Shown in pieces: positions 39,805 to 50,875 of a stretch of 56,874 nucleotides of DNA. Position 1 is the first letter of the stretch, and every line of letters starts with the position of its first letter. Both the position numbers and the translations under genes were made by a program. The DNA comes from Octopus bimaculoides (Eukaryota), in assembly GCF_001194135.2 (NCBI RefSeq), contig NC_068982.1, forward strand, positions 172,041,368-172,098,241, in the 5' to 3' direction. The notes beneath the pieces are model-generated. The model was given only the letters and a program-made list of their open reading frames with translations, ran no database searches and was not told the origin of the DNA.

Positions 39805-40422
39805 ATTCCTTTACTTGTTTCAGTCATTTGACTGCAGCCATGCTGGAACACCGCTTTGAAGGGTTTTAGTCGAACAAATCGACCCTAGGAATTATTTTTT
39901 AAGCCTAATACTTATTCGGTTGGTCTGTTTTGCCGAACTGCTAGGTTGCGGGGACGTAAACGCACCAGTATCGATTTTCAAGCAATGATGGAAGGACAAA
40001 CACAGACATACAAACATATACACACATACATATATACATACACACACACACACACACGCACATATATATATATATATATATATATATANNNNNNNNNNNN
40101 NNNNNNNNNNNNNNNNNNNNNNNNNNNNNNNNNNNNNNNNNNNNNNNNNNNNNNNNNNNNNNNNNNNNNNNNNNNNNNNNNNNNNNNNNNNNNNNNNNNN
40201 NNNNNNNNNNNNNNNNNNNNNNNNNNNNNNNNNNNNNNNNNNNNNNNNNNNNNNNNNNNNNNNNNNNNNNNNNNNNNNNNNNNNNNNNNNNNNNNNNNNN
40301 NNNNNNNNNNNNNNNNNNNNNNNNNNNNNNNNNNNNNNNNNNNNNNNNNNNNNNNNNNNNNNNNNNNNNNNNNNNNNNNNNNNNNNNNNNNNNNNNNNNN
40401 CCACACAGCCACGCCTGCGCCT
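39805..40422 (-). mobile_element. SINE family A spanning a gap
   Basis: Tail before gap, ccacacagccac head after gap. Confidence 0.82.
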
Positions 40423-40532
40423 ATCATTCACTTTTTTCTTTTTCTTTCCCAATGCGCATCCTTCTTTAGCTTTGTTTAGTATAATAGACAAAAGAATCTC
40501 TATGGCTACAAACTAGATGGGTGAAAGGTTGT

Positions 40533-40735
40533 AGCCGGTGTTAAGCACACTTAACATTGGTTGTCAATCGGTGAGGAGGGTCCAAACACCACGGGCTTCT
40601 TTCAGTTTCCATCTACTAAATCTACTCACAAGGCTTTGGTCGGCCCGAGGCTATAGTAGAAGACACTTGCCCAAGGGCCACGCAGTAGGGCTGAACCTGG
40701 AACCGTGTGGTTGGGAAGCATGCTTTTTACCACTC
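40533..40735 (-). mobile_element. SINE family A, tail-truncated, no internal microsatellite
   Basis: aaacacc joined directly to acgggcttctttcagtttcc. Confidence 0.85.
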
Positions 40736-41273
40736 AACCTAATCAACCTGTGCTAATCTGTTTCTTTTTTTTTTTATTCTACGTCTTTTCCTCCAAATGA
40801 GTATATTTATAGACGCATTTGGTGATATTTGATTCTGTAATTCTATGTTACGGCAAACTCGATCGCGAAATCGCTTCTTCAAAACATTGCTAAGCAGAAT
40901 CACCAACAATTAAATGTTTTCATAAATATGCTTGCTTTAAATGTTGAGAGAGAAATGATTACAGAGTTAGTGTGAGTGGAAGATAATATGAAGACTGGGG
41001 TAACATAAAGGTTTCGAGTACATCGATAATTGCACTGATCCATTAACAGAAGAAACATAGCTTAAATATTCACTAAGCTCTCATATTTTATTAACTTGCA
41101 CTTTGGCTTCGTCTGCACTATGTACGTTGTTCAGAAAGTATAAACAGATTCGCTTCTCAATCCCGGTTTATCAATCACAAGTAATAACGAAACCGAATAA
41201 AAATTCAGCTACGTATATATGGTCTGATATTCTATATTCTTTTGCTAGTGAGTAAGCCGAGATTAAAGCACAA

Positions 41274-41403
<130 letters not shown>

Positions 41404-42479
41404 AGTAAAGAGATTTAGCGCTAAGCTACAAGGTCGTACGTAGATGTACGTCGAATGACATTGATGTTCAATAGAAAAAGTGAAACTTAAGTGAATATAA
41501 CGATACGTTTCTGTTTTAAATGACTGGCAAGCCTGGATAATAATGCAACGTGTGTATATAAATAAATAAATGAATAAATAAATAAATATGGTGGTGATGG
41601 CGGTAAACGTATTTAGAAGTGATATTTCGTATAAAATAAAACTAAAAACAATGTAAAAGAGAACTCAATGCCTTTGAGAAAGTAAATTTTAACATAGAGG
41701 ATTATAGCTCCACCCTACAAAGTTCTGGTATGATAAGAGCGCGCGCGCACACAGACACAAATATACATGCATGCACGCACATAGTGTCTATTAGAATAAA
41801 CTAAAAATGAAAAGGGGTGACAATCTCATGAACTCTCTAAAATCGCCATGACATCAAAGAAAAGACTGAATTGTCGATTCTTGATTTTTGCGATTATCTC
41901 CCTTAGTCGTTTGAAATTGGTTTCAATTACTAAGCGAATGTCGTACCTTCTTCGGAAGCGAAGATAATTTCAATAAATCAAGATTTTTCTCGGAAAGTAT
42001 TAATTATGCTCTCATTCAGCTTTTTGCGTGTATGTTTGGGGGGAGGAGTGAAGATATTGAATAACAATTTAGGACACAGATGCTACAATCTTAGTCCATT
42101 TTTTATAAATACAGACGACGAGTAAAACAGCTGAAAAAAAAAATCGGAATAGAAAATACGCACTTAGTAGGCAATAGATGTGCAGGATCAGGAACTGACC
42201 TGGATCAAAATAATAACGACCAGCGCTATGACAGTGCTAACAACACCGTCTGCATGCCATCACCACTAATGCCAACATCACCAGCTGTACCACCATCAGC
42301 ACTTATCTCCAGATACCCTTCTACCTAGATGAATACAATTAAAAGCTTTCCTACCTTGTTAACTATAGTTTTGCCCCATCTAGGAAACAAATAGTGTATA
42401 AGACGATATTCAGACACTCTGCGACTTGTAAGAATATTCATTACCCATTAATGCTGGCACCTCAAAAATCTTTTCATAT

Positions 42480-42634
42480 AGAGTGGCTGTGTGGTAAGAA
42501 GCTTGCTTCCAACCACATCGTTCCGGGTTCAGTCCCACTGTGTGGCCCATTAGGCAAGTTCTTTCTACTATAGCTTCGGGCCGACCAAAGCCTTGTTAGT
42601 GAATTTCTTAGACGGAAACTGAAAGAACTCCGTC

Positions 42635-42668
<34 letters not shown>

Positions 42669-43040
42669 NNNNNNNNNNNNNNNNNNNNNNNNNNNNNNNN
42701 NNNNNNNNNNNNNNNNNNNNNNNNNNNNNNNNNNNNNNNNNNNNNNNNNNNNNNNNNNNNNNNNNNNNNNNNNTATGTATATATATATATATGTGTGTGT
42801 GTGTGTATGTATGTATCTATGTACGTATTTGTGTGTCTGTGTGTGTACCCCCTCCATCACTTGATAGCCGATGTTGGTGTGTTTACGTCTCCGCAATTTA
42901 GCGGTTCGGCAAAAGAGACCGATACCATAAGTAGCAGGTTTACAAAGAATAAGTCCTGGGGTTGATTTATTCGACCAATGGCGGTGCTCCAGCATGGCCG
43001 CAGTCAAATGACTGAAACAAATAAAAGAAAAAGAAAAAGA
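42480..43040 (+). mobile_element. SINE family A, full length with gap in internal (TA)n
   Basis: Head gagtggctgtgtggtaag to tail gactgaaacaaataaaagaaaaaga. Confidence 0.92.
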
Positions 43041-43344
43041 GAATATACTACCTAATTTTCTTTACCTTGGTTAACCACAATCTGGTCTTATCTCTGTATA
43101 AAAGTTGTATTAAGCCATATCCAAATATTCTACTGCCTAGATTAATACAACTGAATCATTCCCTACTTTAACCACAATTTGTTTTAACCTTCGTAATAGA
43201 TAACGTATATTCTAACATTCTGCAATTCTTAAAAATGATCATCATAAATTTATAATCGATTAGCAGCTACTTCACCTTTTTATATTTGTCTGTCTTTGTT
43301 CGTCCCCTCTTTGTAATGCCTTCATGGCAAATTTTATGAAATAA

Positions 43345-43686
43345 TGTAGCTTGCTTACCAACTACATGGCTCCAGGTTCAGTCCCACTGCGCGGCACCTT
43401 AGGCTAGTGTCTTCTACTATAGCCTCGTGCCGACCAAGCCTTGTGAGTGGAAACTGAAAGAAGCTCGTCGTATACATATTATTATATATGTATGCGTGTT
43501 TATCCCCCAACATCGCTTGATAACCGATGCTGGTGTGTTTACGTCTCCGTAAGTTAGCAGTTCGGCAAAGGAGACCGATAGAATAAGTGCTAGGCTTACA
43601 AATAATAAATCCTGGGGTCGATTTGCTCGACAAAAGGCGGTGCTCCAACATGGACACAGTCAAAAGACTGAAATAAGTAAAAGAAT
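43345..43686 (+). mobile_element. SINE family A, near full length
   Basis: B-box ggttcagtccc, body and tail collinear. Confidence 0.9.
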
Positions 43687-43700
43687 ATATATATATATAT

Positions 43701-44526
43701 ACTCTTTTACACTTTCACTCTTTTACTTGTTTCAGTCATTTGACTGCGGCCATGCTGGAGCACCGCCTTTAGTCGAGCAAATCGAGTCCCAGGACTTATT
43801 CTTTGTAAGCCTAGTACTTATTCTATCGCTGTTTTTTGCTGGACCGCCAAGTTACGGGGATGTAAACACACCAACAGCGGTTGTCAAGCGATGTTGGTGG
43901 ACAAACAGACAAACAAACACACNNNNNNNNNNNNNNNNNNNNNNNNNNNNNNNNNNNNNNNNNNNNNNNNNNNNNNNNNNNNNNNNNNNNNNNNNNNNNN
44001 NNNNNNNNNNNNNNNNNNNNNNNNNNNNNNNNNNNNNNNNNNNNNNNNNNNNNNNNNNNNNNNNNNNNNNNNNNNNNNNNNNNNNNNNNNNNNNNNNNNN
44101 NNNNNNNNNNNNNNNNNNNNNNNNNNNNNNNNNNNNNNNNNNNNNNNNNNNNNNNNNNNNNNNNNNNNNNNNNNNNNNNNNNNNNNNNNNNNNNNNNNNN
44201 NNNNNNNNNNNNNNNNNNNNNNNNNNNNNNNNNNNNNNNNNNNNNNNNNNNNNNNNNNNNNNNNNNNNNNNNNNNNNNNNNNNNNNNNNNNNNNNNNNNN
44301 NNNNNNNNNNNNNNNNNNNNNNNNNNNNNNNNNNNNNNNNNNNNNNNNNNNNNNNNNNNNNNNNNNNNNNNNNNNNNNNNNNNNNNNNNNNNNNNNNNNN
44401 NNNNNNNNNNNCAAATATCTGTTTCAACACACGATTTCACATCACAAATCTTACAAAACGAATTGATAAGCGTATATATGTGCGTGTGTGTGTGCGTGTG
44501 TGTGTAGAAAGAAAGAGAGAGAGAGA

Positions 44527-44572
<46 letters not shown>

Positions 44573-44680
44573 CGACGAGATTCTTTCAGTTTCCGTCTAC
44601 CAAATCCACTCACAAGGCCTTGGTCGGTCCGAGGCTAAGTTAGAAGACACTTGCCTAAGTAGCCACGCAATGAAGCAAAA
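43701..44680 (-). mobile_element. SINE family A spanning a gap, tail-to-tail with 43345-43686
   Basis: Tail 43701-43922, head half 44570-44680. Confidence 0.8.
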
Positions 44681-44843
44681 CTTCTTCATGGACTCTTATA
44701 ATACTACCATGGATCCCCAATTGATAATTATGCTTCACACAGAATCTTGTATGGCCCCTAAGGAGTTCGTATGGACTCTTAGGAGTTATGGAGGAAGATA
44801 CAGTGGATAATGTTTAACTATTTGGTCGTCGCTGACCCGAGGC

Positions 44844-44844
<1 letters not shown>

Positions 44845-44882
<38 letters not shown>

Positions 44883-44920
44883 GCAGCATCAGCAGCAGCA
44901 GAAGCAGCAACAACAACAAA
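44845..44920. repeat. (AAC)n/(AGC)n tract, probably the tail of a family E copy
   Basis: gctgacccgaggctaaacaacaac followed by triplet repeat. Confidence 0.8.
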
Positions 44921-45430
44921 AACCAAAGCCAACAACGCCGTCACCACCAATACCACTACCATCGACACCAACACCATTCTATGTTCTCTGCTCCATCTGC
45001 CATTTCCTTTCCGGCCTAATGGCTGCTTCGACTGTACTTTAACCTTTGAACCCCGGCTGCTTATTAGGTCAAATCAACACTAGAGTAACATCTAAGCTGA
45101 ATTTAACAGACTGCTTTCACATTATCATTCTTATCTTTTCACTCTTCACTGTCTGGTTTTAGTCTTAATCCTGATTTTTTTTTTTTTTTTTCCTTTGGTT
45201 TTTGTTAGTTGTACTACTGACGGAGGCGGAGTGCGAGGGATAGTGAAAGGCTTGAAGAGTAGGGACCTCCACTTCTTCCTCTGTCGCTAACCCTCTCTCT
45301 CTCTTCCTCTCTTTTCCTCTTTATCTCCCATACCTCCCTCTCTGTCTTTCTCTCTCTCACTTTCCCTCGTCTGACTTGTGCTTCGCTATATATCTATCCT
45401 TATGTCCCTTTGTGTGTGAGTGTGTGTGTA

Positions 45431-45487
<57 letters not shown>

Positions 45488-45505
45488 GTAGAAAGGGATA
45501 GACAT

Positions 45506-45545
<40 letters not shown>

Positions 45546-45625
45546 GTTCGTATATTCCTTTATACTCACACACACAAACACACACACACATACATACAGA
45601 CAGATAGACAGATAGATAGATAGTC

Positions 45626-45678
<53 letters not shown>

Positions 45679-46161
45679 TACATCATTATATAGATCATTA
45701 TATACATACAGACAGACAGACACGCATATACGCATCCAAAAATTTAAGCGTGTAAGTTCTTGTGTTTGAGCGAATGCGTTCGTGTGGTGAGGGTCTGAGT
45801 GAAAAAGGGTGCGGTTCAAGGTAAATTCCACCTCGGTGAATTCCACCGCGGAAAATTCCACCAGGTAAATTTCACCATAGGTAAATTCCACCACGGTATA
45901 TTCCACCATGGTAAATTCCACCCATGGACAGATGTTATTCCAATTTCGATTATTATTGTTTCTTTTCTTTCGTGGTCAGATATTGTAATATCGGCTTTAT
46001 TGTTTTCTATAAGGTTTCGTGGGCTATCTACTAAAATCTTAACCTTTCACTTGTTACCTTTTCTATTTGCACGTTTCTGATTTTCTGTCTTTTTTTTTTT
46101 ATATGTTATATTGCTAAACTAGGTACGCAAAGATCATCTTGGTTATTTCATCGTGTCTCTC

Positions 46162-46404
46162 GTTTACTCTTTTACTCTTTTACTTGTTTCAGTCATTTGA
46201 CTGCGGCCATGCTGGAGCACCGCCTTTATAGTCGAGCAAGTCGACTCCAGAGCTTATTCTTTGTAAGCCTAGTACTTATTCTATCGGTATCTTTTGCCGA
46301 ACCGCTAAGTTACGGGGACGTAAACACACCAGCATCGGTTGTCAAGTAATTCTGGTGGGGACAAACAGACACACAAACACACACGTACATATATATATAT
46401 ATAC

Positions 46405-46447
<43 letters not shown>

Positions 46448-46586
46448 CGACGGGCTTTTTCCAGTTTCCAAGTCTTTGGTCAGCCCGAGGCTACAGTAGA
46501 AGACACTTGCCCAAGGTACCACGCAGTGGGACTGAACCCGGGACCATGTGGTTGGTAAGCAGGCTACTTTACCACACAGCCACTCT
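46162..46586 (-). mobile_element. SINE family A, full length, inserted in RLE fragment
   Basis: Its removal restores K-Y-K-E-R-H-D-E. Confidence 0.92.
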
Positions 46587-46697
46587 CTCTCTCTTTATAT
46601 TTCGTGTGTGTTATTTTTCCACATTCTATTGCTATGCAATTACCTTTGTTTTTTGACAATATCTGCATGCTTTTTTCCTTCCATAGTAGTTGTTTCT

Positions 46698-46933
46698 TAT
46701 TTTTTTTATTTCCCACAAGGGGCTAAACATAGAGGGGACAAACAAGGACAGACAAAGGGATTAAGTCGATTACATCGACCCCAGAGAGTAACTGGTACTT
46801 TTTTAATCGACCCCGAAAGGGATGAAAAGCAAAGTCGACCTCGGCGGAATTTGAACTCAGGACGTAACAGCAGACGAAATGCCGCAAAGTATTTCGCCCG
46901 GCGTGCTAACGTTTCTGCCAGCTCGCCGCCTTA
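46698..46933 (-). mobile_element. SINE family B (tRNA head ggcggcgagctggcagaaacgttagc; core gtcgactttgc..ttcatccc.ttcggggtcgat, recalled as Meta/MESC-like)
   Basis: 15-bp TSD atagtagttgtttct (46683-46697 / 46934-46948). Confidence 0.9.
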
Positions 46934-47188
46934 ATAGTAGTTGTTTCTGTCTTGTAAATACTGTACAATATTTTTATCTATCATTGAGTATTTGCCTTGT
47001 TTTATAAATTTCAATGAGTCTCTTTTTGATATTGCCTCCCCATTCAAGCGTTCAAAGTATTCACCGTGTATTTCTTTGTGTGATTGTTCCTTAATTACTT
47101 TTTTCTCATTCGCATCTTTTGTATTCATTGACATTATTGATATTATTTTTATGCAGTCTTTTTTTTTATTTCCATAATATCGTAACCC

Positions 47189-47571
47189 GTTGTTGTTGGC
47201 ACTCCGTCGCTTACGACGTCGAGGGTTCCAGTTGATCCGATCAACGGAACAGCCTGCTCGTAAAATTAACGTGCAAGTGGCGGAGCACTCCACAGACACG
47301 TGTACCCTTAACGTAGTTCTCGGGAATATTCAACGTGACACAGTGTGACAAGGCTGACCCTTTGAATTACTCAACAGAAACAGGAAGTAAGAGTGAGAAA
47401 AAGTTGTGGTGAAAGAGTACAGCAGGGTTTGCCACCATCCCCTGCCAGAGCCTCGTGGAGCTTTAGGTGTTTTAGCTCAATAAACACTCACAACGCCCAG
47501 TCTGGGAATCGAAACTGCGATCCTATGACCGCGAGTCCGCTGCCTTAACCACTGGTCCATTGCACCTCCAC
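47189..47571 (-). mobile_element. SINE family C, full length
   Basis: TSD atcgtaaccc (47179-47188 / 47572-47581). Confidence 0.92.
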
Positions 47572-47949
47572 ATCGTAACCCATATAATAATAATAATAAT
47601 GATTTCCCCTATGGTGAAATTTACCATGGTGGAATATACCGTGGTGGAATTTACTAATGGTGAAATTTACCTGAAGGAATTTTCCGTGGTGGAATTTACC
47701 GGTCACCGAGGGTGCTCTGCTTCGTTTCATTCCACCGAGCACCCTGAAACTCATTCCCCATCTCTAGCAGTAAAACCACCACAAGCACATACATATACCT
47801 CAGCAATACATACACATATCGACAGATGATGCATACATGTACTTTTATGTAGCTATCGATACACATAGACACACTGTCTCTCACGCGTGTTCTCCTTTTC
47901 CTTCTCTCTCTCCCTCTCTTCACACACACACACACACAATATTATATCC

Positions 47950-48335
47950 TTTTCTACTCTAGGCACAAGGCTCGAAATTTTGGGGGAGGAGGCCAAACGA
48001 TTAGATCGACCCCAGTCGAATTTGAACTCAGAACGTAAAGATTGACGAAATACTGCTAAGCATTTCGCCCGGCGTGCTAACGTTTCTGCCAGTTCGCCGC
48101 CTTCTCGCCGCCTTTGATAATCTTTTCTACTCTAGGCACAAGGCCCGAAATTTTTGGGGAGGGGGCCAGTCGATTAGATTGACTCCAGTACGCAACTGGT
48201 ACTTAATTTATCGATCCCGAAAGGACGAAATGCAAAGTCGACCTCGGCGGAATTTGAACTCAAAACGTAAAGACAGACCGAATACCGCTAAGCATTTCGC
48301 CCGGTATGCTAACGTTTTTGCCAGCTCACCGCCTT
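47950..48335 (-). mobile_element. Tandem pair of SINE family B (first copy internally deleted)
   Basis: Two heads (ending 48103 and 48335) and two tails ttttctactctaggcacaagg. Confidence 0.9.
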
Positions 48336-48401
48336 AGACACCCAATAAATATCATAAATACACTCATATACAAATAACTACACACACGCGCACACACACA
48401 T

Positions 48402-48730
48402 ATCTTTATCTTTGTCTTTTACTTCTTTCACCACTTTGGAGAATTTTTGGTCAAATGGATCCCCCTATGACTCATCTTTTCAAGTTTGGTACTTATTCTA
48501 TCAGTCTCTTGCCGAACTGCGTAGTTACGGACACGTAAACACACCAATACCTGTTGCCAAGCGAAGGAGGGGTGGGGAGGCGGAGACAATCGCAAACTCA
48601 AACACACACACACACACACGCACACATATATGACAGGCTTCTTTCAGTTTCCGTCTACCAAATCCTTTCACAAGGCTTTGTCGGCCCGGAGCTATAGTAG
48701 AAGAAAGTTGCTCAGGGCGCCATCTAGAGG
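48402..48730 (-). mobile_element. SINE family A, diverged
   Basis: gtacttattctatcagtctc..ggcttctttcagtttccgtctaccaaatcc..ctatagtagaag. Confidence 0.8.
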
Positions 48731-49337
48731 GACAAATAAACAGATGTAATCAAATATAGCAGTTTTATACTTCAGTCTATCTGTTTAAATAGTAGTAAAC
48801 TCGTTTCTTAGTGTTGTTAGCTATCTCTACATGTAAATCCACCCAACTATGCTTAAGTGATCGTGTGCATGTTTGTACGTTTGTTTATTTTAAATATCTG
48901 TCTATATACAGATAAATAGGGGGAAAAAATCGATAAGTAATCGGCGCGTGTGGGGGGCGGGGCGGGGGCGATGTGTGAAGAGGGAAAGGAACTCAAATGA
49001 CTGGTTAGTCAGAGTTTCATGGACACGCGCATAATTAACCAGGTGTTCGCTCTGAAGAAAGTCTTAGCCGCATGTGGCTTGAAAGGTGGGTCCTTATTGG
49101 TCGGTGATGCGATTGGTGCATATTGAACAAAACAAGGCATAAGGTGGAAAATGTTGAAGGTTACTGACGAAAGATACTGTTGTTTGCTATGTGGATGTAA
49201 AGAAAGACGAGGTTAATTTTCTTTAAGACGAAAGCCCATTACTCATCATTAATTCTTGTAGTAGTAAACTGATATTGTTTTCAAGATCACTTAGTTGAAA
49301 ATATACCAGGAGAAATGTCCTCAAGTACAATTTAGAA

Positions 49338-49530
49338 TCTTTATATATAAATGGCAATTCCTGTCTGTCTGTCTGTCTGTTACCAGCTTGGTGCCCAAAC
49401 CAGCGAACCAATCTTCACCAAACTTTACATACATGCTGAACTGACATCCAGTTCAATTATAGGTTGACTGGATTTCAATTTTAAAAAAAGTGGAAGTCGG
49501 ACAGGCTTACTCGCAGGTAATAATGACAAC
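49338..49530 (+). mobile_element. Non-autonomous Helitron-like fragment
   Basis: a|TCtttatatataaa start, (ctgt)n tract, then gaaccaatcttcaccaaactt as in small invertebrate Helitron derivatives; no 3' hairpin/CTAG seen. Confidence 0.45.
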
Positions 49531-49532
49531 AC

Positions 49533-49570
<38 letters not shown>

Positions 49571-49714
49571 AATTACAAGGGTTGTACATAGAATTGTCTT
49601 GATAGCCTTCGACAATAATATCGATGGTAGAATTCTATTGATCATGATTATGTATACCTTGTATAGATAGTCCAAAGTTTACGTTATACAGTGTAGCAGT
49701 CACATCGAGTTAGT

Positions 49715-49886
49715 TCGTAGTGTAACCTTTTTTTCACTTGCTGTAAACTTATATCCTTTTCAAACTTCAGCGGCACCCCTGAACTAAACATATAGCTTAA
49801 CGTAGAGGTAGAAAAATTATATTCGGGTTACACTGCGACACACCTAGCACAACAGTGTACTGCGGCATGCCGGTTGCAGAGCACTG
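49715..49886. mobile_element. Uninterrupted sibling of the 35825-36292 MITE
   Basis: Collinear similarity (aacc..tttcacttgc..ttttcaaa..cggcac.cctgaacta..aattatattc.ggttacac..gacacacctagc) and right TIR ggttgcagagcactg; left TIR decayed. Confidence 0.6.
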
Positions 49887-50707
49887 GTGTAATATCCTTG
49901 GTTGTTTTGCATGAGGTTGTCACTCAATGGGGTGGTGGTGGAATATTAAATTATCGGACTTATATCTTTTCAGTAATTGATTCATGATCCTTATGTGCCG
50001 CTCCTATCGTACTGTGCAAAGGAGTGTCTATTTGCATGCATCTAGTCTAGTAGTATATTATAAAAGTGAGTGGCTTTCTGTAAAGTCACTTCGATATTGG
50101 AGAAGGCTCCTCTACCGAAAATTTTCCTATTGAGTTAGAGATTAATGTACTAGGCTCCTATTTGTTACTAGGGGCTAGATGAAGTTCTTATAGGTAGATA
50201 CAGTCTCTTTGTTTATTTTGATGTAAAGCTGTAAAAAATCTGCTCAAATGATATGTAGAAAGCTAGATATCATTAGTCTGCTGGAATACCCGTATCAGAG
50301 AGGTATTTTACAATGAAAATCCGAGTAACGACATTTGAGTCACTTTGTGTATTATCATCCAAATTGGAGACGAATACGAACATTTACAGACTCACACACA
50401 CAGATACACACACACACACATACATACATACATGAGAATTTAAAAATCACCTTCTTTAACTTTCTAAGACATCTCAACGGTTCTAAAAGCAAACTTCGTT
50501 TGTTTGTTTACGTTTATCGCAATTTGAATTTATACATACATACATATCTATTAGCACATAAGTAGAAAACAATGTGGAGAAAATAACACTGGAATAATAA
50601 CGGTAGGGTAAAACACTAGTTTATTGGAGCTGAAAAAACCCCTGCACAAACTGTTATTCTGAGTTTCCAGTAACCTTTTGTCAAGTTCTTTCAGTGTCAG
50701 CAAAACA

Positions 50708-50875
<168 letters not shown>

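Larger units (their letters stand above)
45923..47590 (-). pseudogene. C-terminal fragment of an RLE-type (R4/Dong-like) non-LTR retrotransposon ORF, split by three SINEs
   Basis: After removing SINEs: KEIHGEYFERL..SLKFIKQG..YLQDRNNYYGRKKACRYCQK / IAIECGKITHTKYKERHDEITKMI / KILVDS..NNKADITISDHERKETIIIEIGITS, i.e. zinc knuckle then PD-(D/E)xK-like endonuclease motif. Confidence 0.8.
45812..47708. mobile_element. Putative unclassified TIR element whose TIRs are ordered arrays of a ~15-bp unit (ggtaaattccacc core); candidate 6-bp TSD agggtg
   Basis: 7 units at 45820-45923 and 6 inverted units at 47613-47700 with the same order of variant units; ends cggttcaaggtaaattcc / cggtgaccggtaaattcc; agggtg at 45806-45811 and 47709-47714. 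Confidence 0.68.

Noticed and set aside
42480-42560. tRNA genes at SINE heads
   Set aside because: A/B boxes present but they run into SINE bodies and no complete cloverleaf is evident; multicopy with TSDs.
45820-47700. CRISPR-like reading of the 15-mer arrays (also the 11-mer and 21-mer arrays)
   Set aside because: Units are adjacent with only 1-3 bp between them, no unique spacers, eukaryotic context, no cas genes.
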